A stretch of DNA of 64,000 nucleotides, from the NCBI GenBank assembly GCA_016214655.1, contig JACROC010000005.1:195078-259077 (forward strand), read 5' to 3'. The position numbers were made by a program, and so were the translations under genes. This DNA is from Candidatus Harrisonbacteria bacterium (lineage in GTDB: Bacteria > Patescibacteriota > Minisyncoccia > UBA6257 > 02-FULL-45-10c). The notes under the pieces were generated by a model that was given only the letters and a program-made list of their open reading frames with translations, ran no database searches and was not told the origin of the DNA. Within the stretch, counting starts at the first letter, position 1. Each line of letters begins with the position of its first letter. Below, piece after piece: positions 1-11,031 of this stretch.

Positions 1-71
1 TTAGCCTCCAAAGCTTCTTTTTCCTTTAGGGCCTCTTCTTGAGTTTGTTGTATAACCTTTTTCTTTCCCAT
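1..71 (-). CDS. rpsK: 30S ribosomal protein S11, N-terminus (runs off window edge)
   Basis: ATG at 71 reads MGKKKVIQQTQEEALKEKEALEA.. directly downstream of rpsM; called from conserved position, core domain is outside the window. Confidence 0.7.
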   Translation of the reverse strand, partial: MGKKKVIQQTQEEALKEKEALEA

Positions 72-83
72 ACCAAATTTATT

Positions 84-467
84 TTATTTGAGCTCTGTCT
101 TCCTCTTACCGCTGCCGGCAGTCTTACGAACATTACCGCGAACAGTCCGAGAATTAGTTTTTGTCCTTTGACCCCTTACCGGCAAATGCCTCATATGGCG
201 AATACCCCGATAAGCCTGCAAATCTTTCAATAAATTGATATTTTGCTTAATCAACTGACGCAGCTCGCCCTCGATTTTATAATTCTTCTCAATAAATTCT
301 TTTATCCGGTTAACTTCATCCGGCGTTAAATCTTTAGCCCGCTTATTCATATCTACCCTAACCGCCGACAAAATTTTCTGCGATAAGGTTCTGCCGATCC
401 CATAAAGATAGGTTAATGAAACTTCAATTTTCTTATTATCCGGAATATTTATACCACTAATACGCAT
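84..467 (-). CDS. rpsM: 30S ribosomal protein S13
   Basis: MRISGINIP..YLYGIG..YRGIRH..LPVRGQRTKTNSRT motifs. Confidence 0.98.
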   Translation of the reverse strand: MRISGINIPDNKKIEVSLTYLYGIGRTLSQKILSAVRVDMNKRAKDLTPDEVNRIKEFIEKNYKIEGELRQLIKQNINLLKDLQAYRGIRHMRHLPVRGQRTKTNSRTVRGNVRKTAGSGKRKTELK

Positions 468-488
468 ATTACAATATATATATATTTA

Positions 489-602
489 TTAGCCTTGCCG
501 CTGCTTGTGTTTTTTAATTTTGCAAACGACATAAACTCTATTACTCCTTCGGACCACCTTACAATCTTTACAAATTGTTTTTACCGATGAACGTACCTTC
601 AT
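489..602 (-). CDS. rpmJ: 50S ribosomal protein L36 (not in ORF track)
   Basis: Hand translation [37 protein letters not shown]; lies between infA and rpsM. Confidence 0.97.
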   Translation of the reverse strand: MKVRSSVKTICKDCKVVRRSNRVYVVCKIKKHKQRQG

Positions 603-606
603 AAAT

Positions 607-825
607 TTAAAGTCTTCTAATAATCCGTCCCCGCTTATCATCGTAAGGGGTCATTTCCATCGTTACTCTATCCCCGGGCAAAATTTTTATATAATTCATT
701 CTCATTCTGCCAGCCAAATGCGCCAAAACCTCTTTGCCATCACTCGTCTTAACACGAAAAGAAGTCCCCGGAAGGGCTTCCTCAACCACGCCTTCAACTT
801 TTATAACATCCTTACTATTATTCAC
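607..825 (-). CDS. infA: Translation initiation factor IF-1 (probable GTG start at 825)
   Basis: [39 protein letters not shown]. Confidence 0.96.
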   Translation of the reverse strand: MNNSKDVIKVEGVVEEALPGTSFRVKTSDGKEVLAHLAGRMRMNYIKILPGDRVTMEMTPYDDKRGRIIRRL

Positions 826-890
826 AGCTAGAACAGATGGTTTAAAGTATACCACCTGTTTTACTAAAATGTCAATCCCCCTTTCAAAAT

Positions 891-2477
891 TTATTCTATT
901 TTTATCGTAACCTTTCTAGGGTTAGTAGGTACGGTCTTAACATAAAACGGCCAAAGAGACACAGTGGCGCTCTTTAGGCCCGGCAAGGCAAAAACAGTAG
1001 TTTTAAGCTCAATTTCTGATTTACCGAGTATTTTAGATTTCAATTCCTCAGCGTTAATGCGCTTTGCCAGAATAGCTTTAAAATTCACTGGAAAAGTAAG
1101 GAGGCCGCGGTCGAAATCCGCTCTAGCTAATTCATAATCTAAAGTATTTTCTCTCATATCCAAATCTTCTCCATTATCGCGCTTAGCGCGTTTATCCAAT
1201 AACTCCTTAAGGTCATTCTCCTTAAACGCAATAATCGTCATTTGAGCCTCACTGAAAATTCCAAATGATCCGCCCTCATCAGTTTCCGAATCCACTTTTT
1301 GTTCCAGAACCTTATATCTGGTAGAGCCGTCCAAAACTTTAAATTCTTTTGGAATCTGCATTAAAAGCACAGTCTTAACTGAATCCTCCAGAGCAGCCTG
1401 AGCTTTTTCTTTTGCATTCTTGATATCGCTGTCCGTCGGATAAGCTACCTCCCCGATAAATCCGCCAGTCATATTGCCAGTGGATTCGCCATAAAATGAT
1501 TGATACTTTGGCGTACCCTTAAATCCGGGAATGGTAAACAATTTTACCGGACCGATATTATAATCCGGACCAGGTTTGTCAGCTGACACTTCGGTGTCAA
1601 TACTGGATGGAACTATCTTTCCTTCAACAATCTTGGCGCCCGGAACCGTAATGGTCTTAGTTAAACGATAAATTTTACCGTCCGGCGTAATAAACCTAGT
1701 CTGTTCCACCAACGGCTGAGGATCGGAGCTATAGCTGTTAAACACCGTTATCGTGCCGCCGGCTTTTCTTTCAACTTGCCTCCTGCCAGTAGCCGGAAAC
1801 TTCAGCTGAACATTCTTCTTCTCAGAAAAAACCTGGTTCGGGATAGTCATTTTAACCGGATCCAAAACTGCCGCTTTATCCGTAATAATTGAATCGTTAT
1901 ACGACCACTCCTGCGTTTGGGCGACAATAACCACAGTTGCACTTGGTAAAATTTTCAACAGATTAAACCCAAACACCGCAACAGTGAAAATCACGAATGC
2001 CCAGATAAAAAAACGCGGGCGGAATTCGGTGGCCGGAAGAGTAAATTCCGGCGGCGCGATCTCCGGTAATCTGAATTTCCATGACTTATCACTTTCCGGC
2101 ATCACCGGCTCTTCCACTGGCAACCTTTCTTCGGCTTCTTCCTGGAAAACTTTGGCAGCTGGCTTTCTTTTGGTAATTTTTACGGCTTTAGGCGCAACAA
2201 TATCGGAAAATTGCCTTTTAGTTTTAGCAAAAAACGGATTAAGCGCAGTAAGGCCGCTCATTTCCGCCAGCTCCACTATATGATCATCTACTGATTCTAT
2301 GCTGATTTTTTTCCCCAGAGCATCCGCTTCCCGTTTTAAAAGATGAAAATTACTGAGCGATTCGCCAAGATGAGAAAAACGGGGAATATTTAAAACTATC
2401 TCCTCGTCCGGAGCTTCAATAATCTTTTCAACGATAATTGCTATTTCGTCACTTTTATTTACGGAAATCTTCTTCAT
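891..2477 (-). CDS. Conserved CPR membrane-anchored protein with baseplate-J-like extracellular region
   Basis: Cytoplasmic N-terminus, single TM (FFIWAFVIFTVAVFGF), then KAGGTITVFN..TRF..ADKPGPDYNI..FTIPG..MTGG pattern; adjacent to FtsA-like gene. Confidence 0.65.
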   Translation of the reverse strand: MKKISVNKSDEIAIIVEKIIEAPDEEIVLNIPRFSHLGESLSNFHLLKREADALGKKISIESVDDHIVELAEMSGLTALNPFFAKTKRQFSDIVAPKAVKITKRKPAAKVFQEEAEERLPVEEPVMPESDKSWKFRLPEIAPPEFTLPATEFRPRFFIWAFVIFTVAVFGFNLLKILPSATVVIVAQTQEWSYNDSIITDKAAVLDPVKMTIPNQVFSEKKNVQLKFPATGRRQVERKAGGTITVFNSYSSDPQPLVEQTRFITPDGKIYRLTKTITVPGAKIVEGKIVPSSIDTEVSADKPGPDYNIGPVKLFTIPGFKGTPKYQSFYGESTGNMTGGFIGEVAYPTDSDIKNAKEKAQAALEDSVKTVLLMQIPKEFKVLDGSTRYKVLEQKVDSETDEGGSFGIFSEAQMTIIAFKENDLKELLDKRAKRDNGEDLDMRENTLDYELARADFDRGLLTFPVNFKAILAKRINAEELKSKILGKSEIELKTTVFALPGLKSATVSLWPFYVKTVPTNPRKVTIKIE

Positions 2478-3683
2478 TTATGTCACCAGCCATCGCACGC
2501 GCCTATTCGCCAGATGGCTCATTTTATCATTTTGCGGAAGAAAATTAATTTCTAATAATGCCGCGAGAATAGTCGCGAGATTCTTCACAGAAACCGAATG
2601 TTTAAATTGTACCTCAAAACCGGATTTTTCGATAATGAGATTTGTAGATAGAGGCAGAAGCTTAATAGGCTTTTGAAACCGGCTATGAAAACGGTCGGAA
2701 AAAATGAGTGGCGGCAAATTAAAAAAAGAATTAACATAAATATCCGAAGACTCTTTCTCAACTAAAGTTTCCAATCCATTGGCGAACATCTGCAATTCTT
2801 TCAACAAGATATTTTCAAACCTCCGGAGAAAATTCTCCGAAGCATTTTCAGCAGAATAGCTCTGGATAATAGTTTTAGCGATCAATGGATCTACCTTAAG
2901 ATAGCGTCCCAGCAGATGAGTCAGGTCGTTCTCGCCCCATTCAAAATTATCCAAATGTCCAAGCCGGCCGCTGGATGAAAAATAAATTGAGGTCTGGTTG
3001 GGGAAAAGGTTCGCAATGAAAAACCGGTCTTGCCCGGCAATTCTGGAAAAAACATGGCTTATGGCAGTGCCAGCTTCGGTAACCAGCGCAATATTTTCTT
3101 TAGATAATAAATCCCGGAATCCGCGCATCAAATCCCGCGAAGTGAATGTCTGACTAAAATAAATCTCTACTGCCTTCGCCTTAAATCCAATGGGATTAAC
3201 AATTTTATGGCCATCCAACCTGATACCGCGGATACGGACGTCGCCTAACAAAACATCCACGTCATCGATATTCATTTTTTGGGCAACTTTCAAACGGTGA
3301 CGGTCAAAAAATCTCCAGATCGCCTGTGAAATCAAATTATCAATATCCGCCTCGTCGATGGTTTCTTTAGAATTCGGGCGCACTAAAGAAATGGAAGAAT
3401 AAATTGTGGTGGCGAAATCGGAATCCAAACTTAAAATGATTTTATATCTGTGCAGTTTCCTTACGTTTTTCAGCAAGAACTTGATTTCCTTCAAAATATT
3501 GAAAGTGCTGAATTCCGCAACCAGGCTCACCCAATTTCCCAAGATCCTGATTTTTTTCTTTTCAAAATCAGCTTTCAAAACCGTAACCTGCACATAATGA
3601 TTCAGCGCCTCGATCAAAAGATACCTATCGCCCCGGAAGAGCAAATTGGCCAGGAATTCTTTTATGTAATTTAGTCCCAACAC
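2478..3683 (-). CDS. Degenerate FtsA/PilM-like actin-fold protein
   Basis: RPNSKETIDEADIDNLI..IRLDGHKIVNPIGFKAK..FEWG pattern like CPR FtsA-like paralogs; no clear ATP-binding motifs. Confidence 0.55.
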   Translation of the reverse strand: MLGLNYIKEFLANLLFRGDRYLLIEALNHYVQVTVLKADFEKKKIRILGNWVSLVAEFSTFNILKEIKFLLKNVRKLHRYKIILSLDSDFATTIYSSISLVRPNSKETIDEADIDNLISQAIWRFFDRHRLKVAQKMNIDDVDVLLGDVRIRGIRLDGHKIVNPIGFKAKAVEIYFSQTFTSRDLMRGFRDLLSKENIALVTEAGTAISHVFSRIAGQDRFFIANLFPNQTSIYFSSSGRLGHLDNFEWGENDLTHLLGRYLKVDPLIAKTIIQSYSAENASENFLRRFENILLKELQMFANGLETLVEKESSDIYVNSFFNLPPLIFSDRFHSRFQKPIKLLPLSTNLIIEKSGFEVQFKHSVSVKNLATILAALLEINFLPQNDKMSHLANRRVRWLVT

Positions 3684-3701
3684 TTTTTATTATAACACAT
3701 A

Positions 3702-3733
3702 TAGGCGATTAGCGGTTAGCGACTAGCGACTAG
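3702..3733. repeat. Heptamer tandem array (TAGCGAC/TAGCGGT)
   Basis: taggcga-ttagcgg-ttagcga-ctagcga-ctag. Confidence 0.7.
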
Positions 3734-3759
3734 TTAAAAAAACGGCTCATTTTGAGCCG

Positions 3760-3969
3760 TTATGTAAGGAAAAGGACTGAGGGTTGGTAATAGATGTATT
3801 CCGTTGAGTTGTACATGCCGCCGTCAGCGCCGCGGACCATCGTCTCGCGAATACGAAGCTCGGCGTCGTTATCCAGCTCCAAAATCAAAATGCTTTCTTT
3901 GGAAACGATTCCAACGATTCTTCTGCCAATCAGCAGCCTCGCCACTTCCTCGTTTATTTTGTTATGCAC
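3760..3969 (-). CDS. Small hypothetical protein
   Basis: 69 aa ORF, GTG start with AGAGGAG RBS, hairpin aacggctca/tgagccgtt at its 3' end. Confidence 0.6.
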   Translation of the reverse strand: MHNKINEEVARLLIGRRIVGIVSKESILILELDNDAELRIRETMVRGADGGMYNSTEYIYYQPSVLFLT

Positions 3970-4028
3970 CCCTCTCCTCTTTTATTTAAGAAAACTGCTG
4001 AATTAAAGATAAATTAAAAACAGCCATA

Positions 4029-5777
4029 TTACAAGAGGATAACAACAGCTCTTATTCTCCGTACGCCAGATCCAACAGCTTCCTGTTTCAAAATCTTAAA
4101 TTTTCCGATTTTAAAAGTATTGGCAACATGCGGTCCGCCGCAAAATTCTTTGCTAAAATCACCCATAAAATAAACTTTTACTTTTTCAGGATATTTTTGT
4201 TTAAAGAAATAAAGCGCGCCGGTTTTTTTAGCTTCTTCAATCGGCAACTCTTTATAATAAACTGGCAAGTCTTTTTGGATTGCCTCATTGACTAAATCTT
4301 CTATCTTTTTAACTTCTTCGTCGGTGAGTTTGCGGCTAAACGAGAAATCAAACCTGGTTCGCTCTGCAGTTATATCCGAACCCATCTGATGCACATCTAG
4401 TCCAAGCACATTGCGTAGCGCCTGTTGAAGCAAGTGAGTCGCGGTATGGAGCCGGGTGACTTTTTCCACTTCTTCGGACGTAGAAGCTTTGAGTTCTCCG
4501 GTATCTAAAATAAGACCGTGACCGCCAAATTTTTTCTCCGAACCGGCACGAGAAACCTCCTGATGCTTTTTAAACTCCGCATCAAAATTATCTTTATTTA
4601 AACCTCTTACCTTGGCCGGCACTAATTCACCCAGCAATTCCCACGGCAATCCGAAAGTTTCATAAATATAAAATGCGTCTTTGGCAGTAATAACGTCGTA
4701 TTTTTCGATCTCTTTTATTCCCAGGGCGAGCGCTTTTTCGAATTTTGATTTTTCTTCCATCATTACTGCGAAAATTTCTTTCGTATTTTTCACTTCCGGA
4801 TACGCATCGCCAAAAGTTTCTCTGACAATATCCACAGCCAAAGCAAAAAGCTCCGCGTGAATATCATATTTAATTTCATAAACCATTATCCGGCGAAGTA
4901 ATCTCCTCAAGATATAACCGACTTCCTTATTAGACGGCCGGACGCCGTCGGCAATTAAAAATATTGATGCCCGCAGATGATCCGCCAAAACTCTCAATAC
5001 TTTATCTTCTAGTCCGGATTTTACTTCCTGAATTTTTGAAACAAGCGGATGAAAAAGATCGGTTTCAAATACATTATCAACACCCCGAAGCATTGTGGCT
5101 AAGCGCTCCAGGCCCATGCCGGTATCCACACCAGGCGTTTCCAATTTCCGCAAACTCTTGTCCGAATTCTGATAATATTCGTTAAAGACTAAATTCCAAA
5201 TCTCCACGCCGTCAACATAAATTTCCGTTGTCGGCCCGCAGGGACCTTCATTGCCGGTTGGTCCCCAAAAATTATCCGCCCGGCCATGCTTTTTAATTTT
5301 CTCCTTCGGCAAGCCGATTTCTTCATGCCAAATTCTGAATGATTCTTTATCAAATGGAATCGGGACTTGCCCTGGGCCTGCCGAAAGGTCGCCGCCAAAA
5401 ACCGTAACGGTAACCCGTTCGCGGTCAATTCCTAATTCATTTATGACAAAATCATGCGCCCACCGGATCGCTTCTTTTTTAAAATAACCGCCAAAACTGA
5501 AATTTCCAAGCATCTCAAAAAATGTCAGGTGAGTTTTATCGCCTACCTCATCAATATCCGAAGTCCGAAAACACTTCTGCACCGAAGCGGTATTTTTACT
5601 GCCGAAATCACGAATTGGATCGGCCTTACCAACATAATACGGCTTGAACTGTTGCATACCCGCAGTTGTCAGAAGCACCGAAGGATCGTCCGGAGTCAAA
5701 GAAGAAGACGGCACTACGGCGTGCCTGCGCTCTCGGAAAAAATCTGAAAATTTTTTACGGATTTCGCTAGATTCCAT
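4029..5777 (-). CDS. alaS: Alanine--tRNA ligase (compact, no C-Ala domain)
   Basis: TTAGMQQFKPY, HLTFFEMLGNFSFG, DTGMGLER, editing HTATH and CGGPH. Confidence 0.97.
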   Translation of the reverse strand: MESSEIRKKFSDFFRERRHAVVPSSSLTPDDPSVLLTTAGMQQFKPYYVGKADPIRDFGSKNTASVQKCFRTSDIDEVGDKTHLTFFEMLGNFSFGGYFKKEAIRWAHDFVINELGIDRERVTVTVFGGDLSAGPGQVPIPFDKESFRIWHEEIGLPKEKIKKHGRADNFWGPTGNEGPCGPTTEIYVDGVEIWNLVFNEYYQNSDKSLRKLETPGVDTGMGLERLATMLRGVDNVFETDLFHPLVSKIQEVKSGLEDKVLRVLADHLRASIFLIADGVRPSNKEVGYILRRLLRRIMVYEIKYDIHAELFALAVDIVRETFGDAYPEVKNTKEIFAVMMEEKSKFEKALALGIKEIEKYDVITAKDAFYIYETFGLPWELLGELVPAKVRGLNKDNFDAEFKKHQEVSRAGSEKKFGGHGLILDTGELKASTSEEVEKVTRLHTATHLLQQALRNVLGLDVHQMGSDITAERTRFDFSFSRKLTDEEVKKIEDLVNEAIQKDLPVYYKELPIEEAKKTGALYFFKQKYPEKVKVYFMGDFSKEFCGGPHVANTFKIGKFKILKQEAVGSGVRRIRAVVILL

Positions 5778-5847
5778 ATTTACTTAAAAATTTTAACATG
5801 ACGCCAAAAATAAAAAAAGCGCCGGTCCTCAATCGGCGCTTGTCGTC

Positions 5848-7404
5848 TTACTGCAATACTCTCTGTATCAACGGCTGAGAGGCGCGCTGAGCTTCTGTTT
5901 CCTCCGCTAATTTACGCAGTAAATTCTTCAAAGATTGTTCGGTATCTAGGAGTAAAGCTTTGACGTCTTTTAAAACCGCCATTATTGAATCGGGTTTGGC
6001 ATTTTTAGTTTTTAAATCCGAAAGATTCGCCAGAGATTTTTCAGCTGAAGTTAAAAGTTTGAAAAGCTCCGGCGAATTTTCCGAAGTCAAACCGTTTCTC
6101 CCCGAATCATATGAAATCCGGTCAAAATCTGTTTTTAAATTCCTGAGCAAATTTTCTAAATTGCCATAATCAATCAATTGCCGCAAGGCATTTCTTGCCG
6201 CGGCCGCCGCAATACTAGCCTGACCAAAGGCATTTGCGTACTGCGAATTACCAAAAGAGTCTTTTGCCTGCTTAAGATTAAATTCACTCAAAGAAAACAG
6301 GGCATCGGTGGATTGGCTTCTTAAATTCGCTTCAACGATCTTTTCTTTAAGCAATCTGGCCAAATTTTCCACATCATTCATCAATCTTTCCGCTTCTGAT
6401 TTACCGATGCTCCGACTGCGGGAAGCCAACTCTAAAATTAGTTGGCGAATCACACCTAAATCATTCTTTAGTTCGGAATCAGCCAAATACTCCCTTACTT
6501 CGTCCAAAACTTTTATTCTCCGCCAGGCATCTCCGGGTAATTGCTGAAATACCGCCGGCAAAGTAGAACTTAGATTTTCAGCGCCGATTTTCATTTGTAT
6601 TTTTAAGAACAAATCTTCTTTAAGCGCCAAAACTACCTCCCGCGCTTTGGAATTGTAAGGAGTTTTATCCTCTACCCGATCCAACCGCTCCAAGGCGCGG
6701 AATTCTTTAAATACTCCTCCCCCGCCTTGATCTACAACAGCTAAAAACCGTGAACGGAAACTCTCCGGGGAATCAAGATATGCCAAAGTATCTGCGATAA
6801 TTTCGCTAATACGGCTTTGTAAAGAATCCAGTTTTTCTTTATTTCGCGCATCACTTTTTAATTTCAAAACATCGAATAAACTCAAGTGTTTTAAGCTGCG
6901 ATCCAAAAGTTTATTCAATAATCTATCAACACCAGCATTGGAACTGTCCTCTTTAATTGACTTTAAAAGAGCCGGCAGACGATCTAAATTTTCTTTATAC
7001 ATTTCAAGCGCCTTAGCCAAAGCAACTTCGTTATCAGGTAAAATTTCTTCCAACCGCTTCAACTCTGCAGCTTTTTCATTTAAGAAGTCTAACTCTAAAT
7101 CAGCTTTTTGAACCGGGTTTATCTTAAATACCCTTTGAGTAGACCGCCGCCAATTCTTCATGAAATAAAAAGGATTAGACTGTAAAAGCCCCGGATCTTC
7201 TATCCCCAGATCTTCTAATTTGACAGCCTCTTGGGCAACCAGCCTCAAAACCAGGCTATTTTCAGGATTAATCTCTCCTTGAGCCAAACTGACCGCCGGA
7301 ACCAAAACAAGGCTGAAAATGGCGGTTTTTATGGCTATTTTACATATAAATTGTCGTTTACCCATGTTTCCAATATAAAAACCCTTATTTAACAGGGTCC
7401 TCAC
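5848..7404 (-). CDS. DUF5667-like secreted helical protein
   Basis: Signal peptide-like segment then DPGLLQSNPFYFMKNWRR..KA..EKAAE; true start may be downstream. Confidence 0.65.
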   Translation of the reverse strand: MRTLLNKGFYIGNMGKRQFICKIAIKTAIFSLVLVPAVSLAQGEINPENSLVLRLVAQEAVKLEDLGIEDPGLLQSNPFYFMKNWRRSTQRVFKINPVQKADLELDFLNEKAAELKRLEEILPDNEVALAKALEMYKENLDRLPALLKSIKEDSSNAGVDRLLNKLLDRSLKHLSLFDVLKLKSDARNKEKLDSLQSRISEIIADTLAYLDSPESFRSRFLAVVDQGGGGVFKEFRALERLDRVEDKTPYNSKAREVVLALKEDLFLKIQMKIGAENLSSTLPAVFQQLPGDAWRRIKVLDEVREYLADSELKNDLGVIRQLILELASRSRSIGKSEAERLMNDVENLARLLKEKIVEANLRSQSTDALFSLSEFNLKQAKDSFGNSQYANAFGQASIAAAAARNALRQLIDYGNLENLLRNLKTDFDRISYDSGRNGLTSENSPELFKLLTSAEKSLANLSDLKTKNAKPDSIMAVLKDVKALLLDTEQSLKNLLRKLAEETEAQRASQPLIQRVLQ

Positions 7405-7475
7405 ATATATTTTCCCGATTAATTAACTCCTTATTTACTTACAATTAGTATAACATATCAGATACTAAAAAGCCA

Positions 7476-7513
7476 GTAAAAAGAAAGCCCCCTCAACTAC
7501 CAGAAGAGGGGGC
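7476..7513 (-). terminator. Intrinsic terminator ending the unknown RNA
   Basis: gccccctc (7487-7494)/gagggggc (7506-7513) stem followed on the minus strand by TTTCTTTTT. Confidence 0.8.
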
Positions 7514-7927
7514 GGCGAGCGCCTCGTTTGTCGCTGGTCTCTGATAACCAGCCTAGTCCCGTCGGACTGAGACACTCTAAGGAGCTTATTTGGTTAGATC
7601 GCGCGTACTCCCTATGTCAACCACGCGCGACCAGGAACGCTTACCAGGTGGTCAGAAGACCTGGCGTATCTGTGAGCTGTCTCCCGTGCCCTGCACGAGA
7701 TAACAACCAGGATGCGCTCCACGGTAATACGGATGGGTTTTTCGCTAGGTGGCAACCCAGCTAAAGCAACCTCACGCGTTGCTTTCCTCCCACCGCCCCA
7801 TAATGATCCCTCTTTGAGAAACCACGCTGGAACCAGATTCCAAACTGATGCCTCGGTCCGGTGCCAATGAAGGTACTACAGTCTAGCCGGGGCGCCCCTT
7901 GCGGAGCCTTCCGTCAGCTTCGACAAA
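7480..7927 (-). ncRNA. Candidate large structured ncRNA, family unknown
   Basis: GC-rich intergenic region with many hairpins, end pairing TTTGTCG/CGACAAA, own promoter and terminator. Confidence 0.7.
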
Positions 7928-7930
7928 TTA

Positions 7931-7959
7931 AATATAGCATATAATCCAATTCTTGTCAA
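7931..7959 (-). promoter_or_regulatory. Sigma70 promoter TTGACA-17-TATATT with extended -10 TG
   Basis: -35 at 7959-7954 overlaps the rpoD stop codon; -10 at 7936-7931. Confidence 0.8.
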
Positions 7960-9194
7960 TACCCCTCAATTGTGTGCGATTTGCCGTGCTGACGGATGCG
8001 GCTGAGAGCCTTCGCTTCAATCTGGCGGATGCGCTCGCGGGTGACTGCAAACTCCTTTCCTACTTCTTCCAAAGTATGGGTAATTCCATCCTCCAGACCA
8101 AAACGCATCTGAAGAATTTTCTGCTCTCTCGGAGTCAGGTCAACTAAAATTTCTTTGATCCTTTCCCGAAGTAAAGTTTGGGATGCTACCTGCGAGGGAG
8201 TAAGGCTGTGAGTATCTTCAATAAATTCGGACAAAGTTGATTCGTCGTCATCTTCGCCAACCGGCGCCTCAAGCGAAACCACTTCCTGGGAAATTTTCTG
8301 GATATGATGAACCTTCTCCACCGAAATATTCATTTCAATGGCAATTTCTTCCGGCAAAGGATCACGCCCCAATTCCTGCATTAAATGCCGCTTAGCTTGG
8401 GTATATTTAGAAATAGTTTCCACCATATGGACCGGAATACGGATAGTTCTGGATTGGTCAGCAAGAGCGCGGGTAATAGCCTGGCGAATCCACCAGGTTG
8501 CATAAGTAGAAAATTTAAAACCCCGGCGGTAATCAAATTTTGTAACTGCCCTGGCAAGGCCGATATTGCCCTCCTGAACAAGATCTAAAATACTGAGATG
8601 CGGAGTCCTGTTGACGTAGCGCTTGGCAATAGAAACTACCAGCCGGAGATTGGCTTTAATAAATTGCTGGCGGGCCTCTTCATCCCCCTTCTCAATTTTT
8701 TTAGCCAATTCCCGTTCCTGTTCCTGTTTCAAAAGCTCAGTCTTGCCGATCTCTTTAAGATATTGCTGGACTGAATCCGGCAGCTCTCCCTCAAAATGAG
8801 TCGCTTTTTCTAATTCCTTTTTGCTGATTTCATCTTTAGGAAGCTCGATTAACTGGCTGGTTTCCAAAACCTTAATATTAGCGGTCTCCAGCCGGTTATA
8901 AATTTCCTCCAAAAAAGCGACGTCGTCTTCCACGCGCGGAAAATAATGGAGCACTTCCGTATCCGTCACAAAACCACGGCTCTTTCCGCGGTCAATCAAT
9001 TCATTTAAAGCCTCCTCTTCAGCCATAGCTTTCTTCTCGCCCCCCGCTACTTTCTTCGCAGCCACGTTCTTTAAAATTTTCTTTATCTTTTTGATTTTCT
9101 TAGCCTTCTTGGTTTTTTTAACCTTCTTAAGTTTCTTTTTCAGCTTTTTAATTTTTGGCTTTTTTATTTTTTTATTTTTCTTCTTTTTGCTCAT
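7956..9194 (-). CDS. rpoD: RNA polymerase primary sigma factor (probable start MSKKKK at 9194)
   Basis: [66 protein letters not shown]. Confidence 0.97.
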   Translation of the reverse strand: MSKKKKNKKIKKPKIKKLKKKLKKVKKTKKAKKIKKIKKILKNVAAKKVAGGEKKAMAEEEALNELIDRGKSRGFVTDTEVLHYFPRVEDDVAFLEEIYNRLETANIKVLETSQLIELPKDEISKKELEKATHFEGELPDSVQQYLKEIGKTELLKQEQERELAKKIEKGDEEARQQFIKANLRLVVSIAKRYVNRTPHLSILDLVQEGNIGLARAVTKFDYRRGFKFSTYATWWIRQAITRALADQSRTIRIPVHMVETISKYTQAKRHLMQELGRDPLPEEIAIEMNISVEKVHHIQKISQEVVSLEAPVGEDDDESTLSEFIEDTHSLTPSQVASQTLLRERIKEILVDLTPREQKILQMRFGLEDGITHTLEEVGKEFAVTRERIRQIEAKALSRIRQHGKSHTIEGY

Positions 9195-9207
9195 AAAATA
9201 AGACAAT

Positions 9208-10950
9208 TTATGCATTATGTAACTCTTTAGATATATTAGCAAACTCCCGCATCGCCGCCTGGAGCTTATTCTCATCGCCCTCTCCCTCCAGTATTTTAAT
9301 TAAATCGCTGATTTCCTGCCTTTTATCCTTTAAATATTCAACCCTTAATTCCCGTAAAAGGTTCCTCATTTCTTTCTTCAGATTTTCAACGTCAAAATCC
9401 TGATTTTCAAAGCTAAAACGCAAGCTAATAGAATTCATGAAATCTCCCAAATCTGATGATACATTCACGCCTTTATTTAAAAGTAAGTCCCGATAGATAG
9501 TAAGGTATTGTTCTGGGAAATATTTAAGGTGGTCTTCAATGGTCTGCATATCATTTTGCAGATGCAGCATCACCCCCAGAAGCCTTTGCGAAATCAATTC
9601 CCGGCGAGACAATTTTTGGCTTACACTAACTGCCGGTGCGCCCGCCGGAACTATAGCCTCGGCCACGCCAGCCGGCGTCAATATTTCCATTTCTTCAGCC
9701 AAAACCCGCTCATCGATTCTAGCAATTTTAGAGAGCTGATTAAGCCAATGGCTCCGCTCAATCGGACTGGAAAGATTTTTAATCTTGGCGAGCACTACCC
9801 GCAGATTCTGCTTTTTAGCTTTAATGTCAGTGGACGCATTATTAAAATATTTATAAAAATAATAATCCATTGCAGACTTTGCGCCGCCAAGCAAATCTTT
9901 GATTTTACCGGGCTGTTCTCTGACTACATCTGCCGGATCTTTAAATTTTGCATCTTCAATTACCAAAAGTTTCACCGCGAAATCATGCGCTCCCGCCAAA
10001 TCAATACTTCTCTCCGCGGCTATCTGCCCTGCCAGATCAGCATCAAAACTTAACACCACCTCATCAGCTAATCTCCGCAAAACCGCCAAATGATCTTGGG
10101 TCAGAGCAGTCCCGGAGGTAGCTACAGCGTTTTTAATTCCATCCTGCCAGACCATCAGAAAATCCATCTGTCCCTCAACTAAAACTGCAGTTTTAGCCTC
10201 ACGAATATCACTCTTAGTTCTATGAAATCCATATAAAATTTTAGATTTCTGAAAAACCGGGGTTTCCGGACTATTTACATATTTGCCAACGTTAGGATTA
10301 TTATTTCCCGGCAGGATTCTGCCGGTGAATGCAACTACTTTGCCAAAATGATTATAAATCGGAAACATTATGCGGCCACGGAACCTATCCCAATAAGTTC
10401 CCCGCTCGGTTTTAATTGCCAAGCCGGCTTTTTCAATATCCAAAATATTATAGCCAAGTTTTAAAAGATGGTGCGTCAGTATATCAGAACCGTCCGCAGC
10501 AAAACCGATTTCAAACTCCTGAACAGTTTCATCTTTTAATCCCCGCTCCCTCAAATAATTTCTAACTAAGTCGGACTTCACAAGATTAGATCTAAAGAAA
10601 TTTTTAGCCGCCTCCATTACGGCATATAAAGAATTATAAGATTTAAAATCACGATTGCCGGAGGTCTTAATGTCCACGCCGGCTTTTTCCGCCAAAACCT
10701 TTAAAGCATCATAAAATTCCAAATTCTCATATTTCATCAAAAACTTTATGATGTCACCGCCTTCATTGCAGGCGCCAAAACAATGCCAGGATTGCCGTTC
10801 CGGCGAAACCATAAAAGACGGAGTTTTCTCTTTATGGAAGGGGCAGCACGCTTTCATATTTTTACCTGCCGGCTTCAGCTGGACATACGGCCGCAAAAAA
10901 TCCACAATATCTAACTTTTCCTTTATAAGTTGGGCTGTATCAGAAGACAT
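9208..10950 (-). CDS. dnaG: DNA primase
   Basis: [11 protein letters not shown] zinc finger, [24 protein letters not shown]. Confidence 0.98.
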   Translation of the reverse strand: MSSDTAQLIKEKLDIVDFLRPYVQLKPAGKNMKACCPFHKEKTPSFMVSPERQSWHCFGACNEGGDIIKFLMKYENLEFYDALKVLAEKAGVDIKTSGNRDFKSYNSLYAVMEAAKNFFRSNLVKSDLVRNYLRERGLKDETVQEFEIGFAADGSDILTHHLLKLGYNILDIEKAGLAIKTERGTYWDRFRGRIMFPIYNHFGKVVAFTGRILPGNNNPNVGKYVNSPETPVFQKSKILYGFHRTKSDIREAKTAVLVEGQMDFLMVWQDGIKNAVATSGTALTQDHLAVLRRLADEVVLSFDADLAGQIAAERSIDLAGAHDFAVKLLVIEDAKFKDPADVVREQPGKIKDLLGGAKSAMDYYFYKYFNNASTDIKAKKQNLRVVLAKIKNLSSPIERSHWLNQLSKIARIDERVLAEEMEILTPAGVAEAIVPAGAPAVSVSQKLSRRELISQRLLGVMLHLQNDMQTIEDHLKYFPEQYLTIYRDLLLNKGVNVSSDLGDFMNSISLRFSFENQDFDVENLKKEMRNLLRELRVEYLKDKRQEISDLIKILEGEGDENKLQAAMREFANISKELHNA

Positions 10951-11031
10951 ATAGAAATTTTAATCCAAAATTTTCTAAATTAAAAGCCTTGACACTAAAA
11001 ACTAAAACCTATAAGCTAAAAGCTATCTTAC

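Noticed and set aside
891-2477. Phage or contractile-tail baseplate gene
   Set aside because: Membrane-anchored, in core context beside an FtsA-like gene, with no other tail genes.
7480-7927. RNase P, tmRNA or the 78-aa ORF 7528..7764 as explanation for this region
   Set aside because: GAGGAAAG is followed by CAAC rather than UCC, there are no tRNA-like ends, and the ORF is antisense to the promoter/terminator with no recognisable features.
9070-9194. Poly-T-rich repeat-like DNA
   Set aside because: Encodes the Lys-rich low-complexity N-terminus of RpoD.
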